A DNA stretch of 64,000 bases from an uncultured Bacillota bacterium. GTDB taxonomy: Bacteria; Bacillota; Dehalobacteriia; UBA4068; UBA4997. The notes under the pieces were generated by a model, which was not told the origin of the DNA, searched no databases, and worked only from the letters and a program-made list of their open reading frames with translations. The stretch covers positions 7,660 to 71,659 of the forward strand of contig CAQWMM010000002.1 of the NCBI GenBank assembly GCA_948907985.1, in the 5' to 3' direction. Shown piece after piece: positions 28,704-36,169 of this stretch (its first letter is position 1; each line of letters opens with the position of its first letter). The translations under genes were made by a program, and so were the position numbers.

Positions 28704-28857
28704 AAAAAGGCTCCTTTCCTTATATAATATATTATTAATATAACATTTTGGGCGCAGAAATGCAAGGCCAATTAAGCCTTATTAAAATTAACCGGTATTT
28801 AATAAAGTGAATTAAAGTTTAATTAAAAATAAAGGCGGATAAAATAATAAAATTAAA

Positions 28858-28886
28858 TTGAACTATTTAGCTTGATATGATATAAT
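28858..28886 (+). promoter_or_regulatory. sigma-A type promoter upstream of phoH
   Basis: TTGAAC (28858-28863), 17-nt spacer, TATAAT (28881-28886), within a 240-nt AT-rich gap. Confidence 0.4.
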
Positions 28887-28943
28887 TATAAATTATATGT
28901 GGATCGCTATTTTTTAGACGATTATTGAGCGAGGTAAACAGGT

Positions 28944-30080
28944 TTGACGAATGACAGAATTTTAATGCCCGGCGAGGTGGCGTCCGTCAGCCGGGAGTCC
29001 GGGCGGAGCGCCGGCCTAAACCAGGGGGTTATGACCGGCCGGGCAGTACGCCAGCCAGCGGCGGAGGCCCGATACGCCCTGCCCCTGACGGAAAAAGCGC
29101 TGGAGGCGCTCCTAAGCCGCCAGGAGGCTTTACTACGGCTTTTGGAAGAAAATTTGCAGGTGCGTCTGGTTCCCAAAGAAGACAGCCTGCTGCTTTTGGG
29201 CGAAACTGCGGAAGTGGAGCGGGCGGCGGCTGTTTTGCGTCATTTGCTTAAGCAGGCCGATGCGGGCGCGGAAATTGACGAGGTGGCGCTTAATTATCAG
29301 CTGGCCCTGTGGGAGCAGCGTCTGCACAGTAATCTGGACGGCGCGGCGGGAACGGCGCCGGAAAATAACGAGGAGAACGCCGCCGGGGCCGCGCTGCTTA
29401 ACCAGGTTGTTTATATCACGCCTAAGGGGCGGCCGGTGCGTCCTAAAACCTACGGTCAGTATGCTTATTTACAGGCGATTGACCGGCACGACATCACTTT
29501 TGGCATTGGGCCGGCCGGCACCGGCAAAACCTATCTGGCGGTGGTTAAGGCGGCTGACGCGCTGAAAAGGCGGCGGGTGAACAGGCTGGTGCTGGTGCGC
29601 CCGGCGGTGGAAGCCGGCGAAAAGCTGGGTTTTCTGCCCGGCGATTTGCAGGAAAAAGTGAACCCTTACCTGCGGCCGATCTATGACGCTTTGGACGATA
29701 CCTTGGGGGCGGAGGCCTCGGCTAAATATCTGGAGCGGGGTTTGATCGAGGTGGTGCCGCTGGCTTATATGCGCGGGCGCACGCTGGATTCGGCTTTTAT
29801 TATTTTGGACGAGGCGCAGAACACCACACCCCAGCAGATGAAAATGTTTTTAACCAGGCTGGGGCAGGGCAGCAAAGCGGTGGTTACGGGCGATATTACC
29901 CAAATCGATCTGCCGGCAGGGCAGCGCTCCGGCCTGCATGACGCCCAGCAGATTTTAAGTGGCGTGGCCGGGCTGGCCTTTTGCTACCTGACCGATCTGG
30001 ACGTGGTGCGTCATCCGCTGGTGCAGCGGATCATTGAGGCTTATGCCCGGGCGGAAGCGCCGGCAGGCGTGAGGAGTTAA
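28944..30080 (+). CDS. phoH: PhoH family ATPase
   Basis: Walker A GPAGTGKT, ILDEAQN and VVTGDITQIDLP motifs. TTG start is 7 nt after GAGGT. An alternative ATG at 28968 lacks an SD. Confidence 0.85.
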   Translation: MTNDRILMPGEVASVSRESGRSAGLNQGVMTGRAVRQPAAEARYALPLTEKALEALLSRQEALLRLLEENLQVRLVPKEDSLLLLGETAEVERAAAVLRHLLKQADAGAEIDEVALNYQLALWEQRLHSNLDGAAGTAPENNEENAAGAALLNQVVYITPKGRPVRPKTYGQYAYLQAIDRHDITFGIGPAGTGKTYLAVVKAADALKRRRVNRLVLVRPAVEAGEKLGFLPGDLQEKVNPYLRPIYDALDDTLGAEASAKYLERGLIEVVPLAYMRGRTLDSAFIILDEAQNTTPQQMKMFLTRLGQGSKAVVTGDITQIDLPAGQRSGLHDAQQILSGVAGLAFCYLTDLDVVRHPLVQRIIEAYARAEAPAGVRS

Positions 30081-30082
30081 TT

Positions 30083-32413
30083 ATGAAACCTAACAGATTT
30101 GCGCTGACCAAAGCGCATTTGCAGGTGCGCCTTAGCCGCTTTGGCTATCTTTGGCTGGTTTTTTTGGTGGTGCTGACGTTTCTGCTTTTAGCTTCGGATT
30201 TCTTGAGCGACCGAGTGTCATTGCAGGAGGGGGATCTTGCGCCGGATAACGTTTATTATTTCGGCACGGCCAAAACCTATGTCAGCCAGGCTTATACGGC
30301 GCAGGCGCAAAACCTGGCGGCTGGCGCGGTGGAGCAGATTTATAAATACGACGATACCGTTACGGCGGATTTGCAGCGTCAGATTGACGAGCTCTTCGAC
30401 AGCCTGCAAAGCACCAAAGCGCTGGTGCCGGATGTGGGCGGCCAGCTTACCGCTTTAAGCGAGCTTTTAACCCCGGCCGAGCCGGACGCTCTGCCGCCGG
30501 AGCAGGAGATGTTGGAATATTTTGTGCAGCTGGACGAATCCGGCGAGTGGCTGCTGCGCAACAGTTTGAAAAACGCGGTGGCCGCCGCATACAGCCGGGG
30601 AGAGTTTGACGAAACTGTTCTGCCGGAGGTTGTGGAGCAGTGCGTGGAAAATATCAAGGCGGCGGCAGTGGACGCTGACGCCGAGGCTTTTATGCTGCAA
30701 GCCCAAAAACTTTTGTCCTTTAAGCCTACCCATGTTTTTGACCAGGTGGCGACGATGGACGCTATTACGCAGGCGATCAGCAATGTTCAGCCTATTTCGC
30801 GCACGGTTTATCCCGGTCAGTTGGTGGTTAAACGCGGCCAGGAGGTTAGCGCCGCCGAGGTGGAGGCCCTGGAGGCTGTCGGGCTTCAGCAGCCGGTCAG
30901 CGATATGCAGGCCTATTTCGGCCTGTTGCTGTTGGTAATCATCTGCTATGCTCTGCTTTGGCTGTACTGTACCAGAATGAGCGGCGATAATGAGATCAGC
31001 ATGCAGAAGCTAAGCCTGATTTCAATTTTATTTATGACAATTCTGTTAATGGCCAGGGTTATTACGCTGGTTAAGTTTGATTCCGGCCTGGCGACGGACT
31101 GGATGCTGGGGTTGGCGGTGCCGGTGCCGGCCTTTGCCATGCTGGTTACAGCGCTGGTTAACCGGCGTACGGCTATCTTTGCCACGCTGATTGTCAGTAT
31201 TTTTGTGGGGATAATGTGCGGCGCAAATATGCTCTATATTTTTGCCGCGCTGGTGGGCGGTCTGGTTGGCGTCTGGCAGGTGGGCAATATGAGCTCGCGC
31301 AGCCATTACGCGGTGGCGGTGGCCTACATATGCGCCGCTTATATGCTGGTAACGCTTTCCTGGTGTTTTATGTGGAACTATGGCGCGCGTTCGGTTGGTA
31401 TTGGTTTTTTGATGGCCTTTATTAACGGCCTGATTTCCGTGATCCTGACGGTGGGCACTCTGCCCCTGCTGGAGACAATTTTTTCGATTACCACAGAAAT
31501 TCGCCTGATGGAGCTTTCCAATCTTAATCATCCGCTGCTGAAAAAGCTGATGATCGAGGCGCCGGGCACTTATAACCATAGTATTTTGGTAGGCAATCTG
31601 GCCGAGGCGGCCGCCGACCAAATAGGCGCTAATGGTTTGCTGGTTCGGGTTTCTTCTTATTTTCATGATATAGGCAAAACCAAGCGCCCCAATTTTTATG
31701 TGGAGAACCAAAAGCCGGGCGAAAATCCGCACGACAAATTGCAGCCCAGTTTGAGCACTTTTATTATCACCTCTCACACCAAGGAGGGGGCGGATATGGC
31801 GCGCAAATATAAGCTGCCGGAAGAGATTGTGGATATTATTGAACAGCACCACGGCACCGGCGTTCTAAAAGGTTTTTATAATAAGGCGCTGGAGCAGGCC
31901 AAAAACAGCGAAACCGCCATTGGGCCGGTGCGCGAGGATGATTTTCGCTATCCGGGGCCGATTCCGCAGACCAGAGAGGCGGCGCTGGTGATGCTGGCTG
32001 ACAGCTGCCAGGCGGCGGTGCAGTCGATGAACGCGCCGACTCCCGGCCAGATCGAGGGTATGGTGCGGGATATTATTAAAAGCAAGCACAATGAGGGGCA
32101 GCTTAACAACTGTGATTTAACTTTCCGTGATTTGGACGTTATCGCCTCCACTTTCGCCACCATTCTGGCGGGTGCAAAGCATTACCGCCTGCCTTATCCG
32201 GAACAGCTGGCCAAGGAAATGGAGAAAATGCGCAAACAGGCGGAAAAAGAGGCCCAGGAGCGGGAAAAAGCCGAAAAAGCGGAAGAAGACCGCGCCGATA
32301 ATAAAGAAAAACCAGATAACAAAGAAAAATCCGAAAATAAAGATAAATCAGAGAACAAAGGCAAAAACGAGAATAAAGAGAAAAATAAGCAAAAAGAAAG
32401 TGATGAGAAATGA
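30083..32413 (+). CDS. pgpH: 7TM-HD membrane phosphohydrolase (PgpH/YqfF-like, cyclic-di-AMP phosphodiesterase family)
   Basis: Extracellular N-domain, 7 TM helices, and an HD domain (HSILVGNLAE, YFHDIGK, EQHHGT). Carries an extra K/E/N-rich repetitive C-terminal tail. Confidence 0.85.
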   Translation: MKPNRFALTKAHLQVRLSRFGYLWLVFLVVLTFLLLASDFLSDRVSLQEGDLAPDNVYYFGTAKTYVSQAYTAQAQNLAAGAVEQIYKYDDTVTADLQRQIDELFDSLQSTKALVPDVGGQLTALSELLTPAEPDALPPEQEMLEYFVQLDESGEWLLRNSLKNAVAAAYSRGEFDETVLPEVVEQCVENIKAAAVDADAEAFMLQAQKLLSFKPTHVFDQVATMDAITQAISNVQPISRTVYPGQLVVKRGQEVSAAEVEALEAVGLQQPVSDMQAYFGLLLLVIICYALLWLYCTRMSGDNEISMQKLSLISILFMTILLMARVITLVKFDSGLATDWMLGLAVPVPAFAMLVTALVNRRTAIFATLIVSIFVGIMCGANMLYIFAALVGGLVGVWQVGNMSSRSHYAVAVAYICAAYMLVTLSWCFMWNYGARSVGIGFLMAFINGLISVILTVGTLPLLETIFSITTEIRLMELSNLNHPLLKKLMIEAPGTYNHSILVGNLAEAAADQIGANGLLVRVSSYFHDIGKTKRPNFYVENQKPGENPHDKLQPSLSTFIITSHTKEGADMARKYKLPEEIVDIIEQHHGTGVLKGFYNKALEQAKNSETAIGPVREDDFRYPGPIPQTREAALVMLADSCQAAVQSMNAPTPGQIEGMVRDIIKSKHNEGQLNNCDLTFRDLDVIASTFATILAGAKHYRLPYPEQLAKEMEKMRKQAEKEAQEREKAEKAEEDRADNKEKPDNKEKSENKDKSENKGKNENKEKNKQKESDEK

Positions 32414-32883
32414 AGTTGTTGTTGACTATCGAGCTGCCCGGTCAGCCGGATTGGCGGCTGCCGGCGGACTGGGCCGGGGAGCTGCTGCGGGGGCTTGGGC
32501 AGACTATCCTTTTGGAAAAGCCGGCGGGCCGGCCGGCTGGCTGCGAAGTTTCGCTGACTTTAACGGATGACGAACAGATCTGGCGGCTGAACCGGCAGTT
32601 TCGCAGTGTAGACAGGCCCACGGACGTTCTGTCTTTTCCGCAGTATCAGCCGGGAGAAAAAATCCTGCCGCACACGTCGCTGGGGGATATTGTAATCTCG
32701 CTGCCGCGGCTGGCGGCGCAGGCCGCCGCCTATGGGCACAGCCAAAAGCGCGAGCTGCTGTTTTTGTTTGTGCATGGCCTGCTGCATCTGCTGGGCTATG
32801 ACCATGAAATCTCCGCCGAGGAGGAAAAACGCCAGTTTGCCCGGCAGGAGCAGGTTTTGGCGCTGCTGGGCGTTAATAGATAA
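32410..32883 (+). CDS. ybeY: rRNA maturation endoribonuclease YbeY
   Basis: HGLLHLLGYDH zinc motif; ATGA overlap with pgpH. Confidence 0.9.
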   Translation: MKLLLTIELPGQPDWRLPADWAGELLRGLGQTILLEKPAGRPAGCEVSLTLTDDEQIWRLNRQFRSVDRPTDVLSFPQYQPGEKILPHTSLGDIVISLPRLAAQAAAYGHSQKRELLFLFVHGLLHLLGYDHEISAEEEKRQFARQEQVLALLGVNR

Positions 32884-32900
32884 TAAAGAAAGAGGATAAT

Positions 32901-33848
32901 ATGGGAATAGATTTAGACGCTTACTTTGGGCACAAAGCGTTATCTGCCGATTACCGCTCCGGTTTTGTGGCGCTGATTGGCCGGCCTAACGCCGGCAAAA
33001 GCACCCTGCTTAATCAGGTTTTGGGGCAAAAGGTGGCGATTGTTTCGGATAAGCCGCAGACAACCCGCACCAAAATTCAGGGTATCTATACTGACGAAAA
33101 AATGCAGGCGATTTTCTTTGATACGCCGGGCCTGCATAAACCCCGCCATAAGCTGGGCGATTATATGAATAAGGCCGCCGAAACGACTTTCGGCGACGTG
33201 GATGTTATCTGCTATCTGGCCGACGCCAGCCAGCCCTTTGGCGGCGGCGAGGCGCATATTTGCCGCCAGCTGGCGCAGGTTAAGCAAAAGCCGGTTTTTT
33301 TGCTGCTGAATAAAATGGATCTGCTGCCGGCGGACGTGGATGTGGATGCTTTGGCCCAAAGCTGGCGGGATAAGCTGACGCTGGCGGCAGTTTTGCCAAT
33401 TTCGGCCAAAGACGGCCAGGGGGTGGACAAACTGCTGGCGGCGCTGGGCGATGCTCTGCCCGTTGGGCCGCGCTATTATGACGACGAGCAGCTGACCGAT
33501 CAGCCGGAACGCCAGATTATGGCCGAGATTATCCGCGAAAAGATTTTTCTGGCCGTACGGGAGGAAATTCCCCACGCGGTGGCCGTCAGCATAAACCAGT
33601 ATCAGCGCCGCGCCAACGGTATGCTTTATCTGGAGGCTTTCATTTATGTGGAGCGCGACAGCCAAAAGGGTATTATTATCGGCAAGGGCGGCGCAATGCT
33701 GCGCGTCATCGGCCAGGCGGCCCGGGCCGAAATTGAGGGCCTGTTTGCCGAACAGCTTTATCTGGAGCTGCGCGTTAAGGTGAAAAAGGACTGGCGGGAC
33801 GACGCCTGGCTGCTGAAAACTCTGGGCTATGATCCTAAAAAGCTATAA
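32901..33848 (+). CDS. era: GTPase Era
   Basis: G1 GRPNAGKST, G3 DTPG, G4 NKMD and a C-terminal KH domain. Confidence 0.95.
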   Translation: MGIDLDAYFGHKALSADYRSGFVALIGRPNAGKSTLLNQVLGQKVAIVSDKPQTTRTKIQGIYTDEKMQAIFFDTPGLHKPRHKLGDYMNKAAETTFGDVDVICYLADASQPFGGGEAHICRQLAQVKQKPVFLLLNKMDLLPADVDVDALAQSWRDKLTLAAVLPISAKDGQGVDKLLAALGDALPVGPRYYDDEQLTDQPERQIMAEIIREKIFLAVREEIPHAVAVSINQYQRRANGMLYLEAFIYVERDSQKGIIIGKGGAMLRVIGQAARAEIEGLFAEQLYLELRVKVKKDWRDDAWLLKTLGYDPKKL

Positions 33849-33851
33849 AAA

Positions 33852-33880
33852 CCGGTTCGCCCATAGAGTGGGCAAACCGG
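33852..33880 (+). terminator. hairpin after era (weak terminator, no U-run)
   Basis: ccggttcgccca / tgggcaaaccgg form a 12-bp stem with one mismatch and a 5-nt loop. Confidence 0.35.
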
Positions 33881-33889
33881 ATAAATGTG

Positions 33890-33918
33890 TTGCAAAAGCC
33901 TAATTGATATGTTAAAAT
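33890..33918 (+). promoter_or_regulatory. sigma-A type promoter for the small-ORF transcript
   Basis: TTGCAA (33890-33895), 17-nt spacer, TAAAAT (33913-33918). Confidence 0.45.
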
Positions 33919-34002
33919 AAGGAAAGAAAAGAGCTGGCTTTTTTGGCGGCGGTTATCCCTTGCTCGCAAACTTTCATTAATGCGAGGAAGGGGGGATAGC
34001 TT

Positions 34003-34086
34003 ATGAGTTTTGTCGAGGTAATTCTATTACTTAGCTTTCTCGTTGAAGTTGCGGATTTTATTTATAGAATCACAACTAAAAAATAG
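34003..34086 (+). CDS. 27-aa hydrophobic peptide, candidate type I toxin (not in the ORF track)
   Basis: ATG 34003 lies 7 nt after GAGGAAGGGGGG. Peptide is MSFVEVILLLSFLVEVADFIYRITTKK (hydrophobic core, Lys-rich end). The SD lies in the 3' arm of a hairpin (33954-33967 pairs with 33982-33998). Followed directly by a terminator. Confidence 0.4.
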   Translation: MSFVEVILLLSFLVEVADFIYRITTKK

Positions 34087-34179
34087 CCGACCACTCTGCC
34101 AAGGTTTTCGGCTATTTTTCTTTTTGTAAATAGCGGAGCAGGGCTGACTGTTCGTCGGGAACCGCCGGCTCTTTTCTTT
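34078..34179 (-). ncRNA. candidate antisense sRNA (about 100 nt) convergent with the small ORF
   Basis: Predicted from the near-consensus minus-strand promoter at 34186-34214 and the bidirectional terminator at 34081-34126. It would be complementary to the 3' end of the small-ORF mRNA. Ends are inferred, not measured. Confidence 0.35.
34081..34126. terminator. bidirectional intrinsic terminator
   Basis: aaatagccga / tcggctattt form a 10-bp stem with a 16-nt loop. A-run on the left (34076-34083), T-run on the right (34115-34125). Confidence 0.6.
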
Positions 34180-34185
34180 ATTTAC

Positions 34186-34214
34186 AGTATAGCAAGTTAT
34201 TGATTTTTTGTCAA
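34186..34214 (-). promoter_or_regulatory. near-consensus sigma-A promoter pointing away from recO, towards the small ORF
   Basis: Minus strand TTGACA (34214-34209), 17-nt spacer, TATACT (34191-34186). Confidence 0.5.
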
Positions 34215-34242
34215 GTGTTTAAAGGGGAGCGATTGAGGGAAA

Positions 34243-35097
34243 ATGGACTTGCGGGCGCAGACTGACGATTGTTTGATTTTGCGGGGGCGCGATTATAATG
34301 AGTCGGATCGTCTGCTGACGGTATACAGCCGCCACGGCGGCAAGCTGTCTTGTCTGGCCCGGGGCGTGCGCAAGCCCAAAAGCCGCTTAAAGGCCGCCAC
34401 TCTGCCGTTTGTGTGCAGCCGTCTGGAATTTTCAGCCGCCAGGGGGAACAGCCAGGGCCTGCGCCTGATTACGCAGGGCGAAACCATACACAGCCTGGCG
34501 GAACTGCGGGAGGATTTGGCCAAAATTGGTCTGGCCAGTTATGTAACGGAAATATTGGACTGCGCCACGCCGCTGGAAAAACCGCAGGAGAATTTATATA
34601 TATTGGCGGTTACGACGCTGCTGTTAGCCGCCGCTGCGCCGGAGCCGCGCCAGCAATATCTGCTGCTGAAGTTTTTTGAGCTGCGCCTGCTGGGCGAACT
34701 GGGCTGGCGGCCTGGCCTGGCGGCTTGCGCCCGCTGTGGCCGGGACGTGGATACGGTGCCGGCGGAGCATTATTCAATAAGCGTGCAGAACCCCTTTTTT
34801 GCCGCGCCGGCGCTGGGGGGAATTGTCTGCGGAACCTGCCGGCAGGCGCTGGGCTGGGGGCTGGGCGAATTCCGCCAGACCGGCGGGAGGGATGTGGGGC
34901 TTTCCAAGGGCGGCATAAAAATTATGCGCTGCCTGCTGGATTGGGAGCCGCGCCGTTTTTTGCAGCTGAAGCTGAACGCCGGACTGCGGCAAGAGATTAA
35001 TCAGGCCCTGTGGGCGTATCTGGATTATCATTTGGGGGCGGGCAGCCGCAAGGCCAGAGAAAATTTGCTGTTATACGGCGGCGAAATATTAAGCTGA
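34243..35097 (+). CDS. recO: DNA repair protein RecO
   Basis: 284 aa with an OB-fold N-terminus (ILRGRDYNESDRLLTVYS) and Cys4 zinc motif CARCGR...CGTC. Conserved position after era. Confidence 0.85.
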   Translation: MDLRAQTDDCLILRGRDYNESDRLLTVYSRHGGKLSCLARGVRKPKSRLKAATLPFVCSRLEFSAARGNSQGLRLITQGETIHSLAELREDLAKIGLASYVTEILDCATPLEKPQENLYILAVTTLLLAAAAPEPRQQYLLLKFFELRLLGELGWRPGLAACARCGRDVDTVPAEHYSISVQNPFFAAPALGGIVCGTCRQALGWGLGEFRQTGGRDVGLSKGGIKIMRCLLDWEPRRFLQLKLNAGLRQEINQALWAYLDYHLGAGSRKARENLLLYGGEILS

Positions 35098-35124
35098 TTT
35101 ATTGAACGATTTGCGGCGCAAATA

Positions 35125-35154
35125 TTGACAAACCCGTCGTTAATTGTTTATAAT
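35125..35154 (+). promoter_or_regulatory. consensus sigma-A promoter for glyQS
   Basis: TTGACA (35125-35130), 18-nt spacer, TATAAT (35149-35154). Confidence 0.55.
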
Positions 35155-35248
35155 ACTATTTTAAGGATAAATATATTTACAGAGTAAAAATTGATATGGT
35201 AAAAAAGCGTTTGGGCTAAAAGCGTTTTGAATATAAGGAGTGAAAAGC

Positions 35249-36169
35249 ATGAATTTTCAGCAGTTGATTTTGAACCTGCAAAAGTATTGGGGCGAACAGG
35301 GCTGCGTTATTTTGCAGCCCTATGACCTGGAAAAGGGCGCGGGTACGATGAACCCGGCTACTTTTTTGCGCGCTCTGGGGCCGGAGCCGTGGCAGGTGGC
35401 CTATGTGGAGCCGTCCCGCCGGCCGACGGACGGGCGTTATGGCGAGAACCCCAACCGTTTGCAGCATTATTTTCAGTTTCAGGTGATTTTAAAACCCTCG
35501 CCGGATAACGTACAGGAGCTTTATCTGGACAGCTTGCAGGCTTTGGGTATCGACCCGGCGGAACATGATATTCGTTTTGTGGAGGATAACTGGGAAAGCC
35601 CCACGCTGGGCGCCTGGGGGCTGGGCTGGGAAGTCTGGCTGGACGGCATGGAGGTTACGCAGTTCACCTACTTCCAGCAGTGCGGCGGCCTGGACTGCAA
35701 ACCCGTCTGCGCGGAAATTACCTATGGTATTGAGCGTCTGGCCATGTTCATCCAGGAGGTGGACAGCGTTTATGATATTAACTGGGTGGACAATGTCAGC
35801 TACGGCGACGTGTATCACCAGAACGAGGTTGATTATTCTACCTATAATTTTAAGGTTTCGGATGCGGATATGTTGTTTAAGCTGTTTGATATGTATGAGG
35901 CGGAAACCAAACGGATTATTGAGGCCGGTTTGGTGCAGCCGGCTTATGACTATGCGCTGAAGTGTTCTCACACCTTTAACCTGCTGGACGCTCGCGGCGC
36001 AATCAGCGTTACGGAGCGGCAAAGCTTTATCGGCAGGGTGCGGGCTATGGCGCGGCTTTGCGCCGAGGCTTATGTGGAGCAGCGGCAGCGTTTGGGCTTC
36101 CCGCTGTTAAAGGATCCCGAACAGCGCCGTTTGCTGGGGCTGGAGCAATTAAAGGAGGGTGCGGAATAA
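35249..36169 (+). CDS. glyQ: glycine--tRNA ligase subunit alpha
   Basis: [19 protein letters not shown] is a typical GlyQ N-terminus. ATG 35249 is 8 nt after AAGGAG. The track GTG at 35240 overlaps the SD. Confidence 0.95.
   Translation: MNFQQLILNLQKYWGEQGCVILQPYDLEKGAGTMNPATFLRALGPEPWQVAYVEPSRRPTDGRYGENPNRLQHYFQFQVILKPSPDNVQELYLDSLQALGIDPAEHDIRFVEDNWESPTLGAWGLGWEVWLDGMEVTQFTYFQQCGGLDCKPVCAEITYGIERLAMFIQEVDSVYDINWVDNVSYGDVYHQNEVDYSTYNFKVSDADMLFKLFDMYEAETKRIIEAGLVQPAYDYALKCSHTFNLLDARGAISVTERQSFIGRVRAMARLCAEAYVEQRQRLGFPLLKDPEQRRLLGLEQLKEGAE

Noticed and set aside
28704-28760. AT-rich string ttccttatataatatattattaatataac that superficially resembles a Firmicute dif/Xer site
   Set aside because: The match is driven by AT-richness. 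The conserved XerD-arm TTATGTAAACT is not present, and the left part is simply the duplicated Uma2 leader also found at 28085-28110.
36058-36168. N-terminal extensions of glyS (36058) and addA (46307) given by the ORF track
   Set aside because: Both extensions lie inside the preceding genes (glyQ, addB). The canonical N-termini ([18 protein letters not shown] at 36169; MAWTNEQLAAM at 46400) follow an overlap or an SD.
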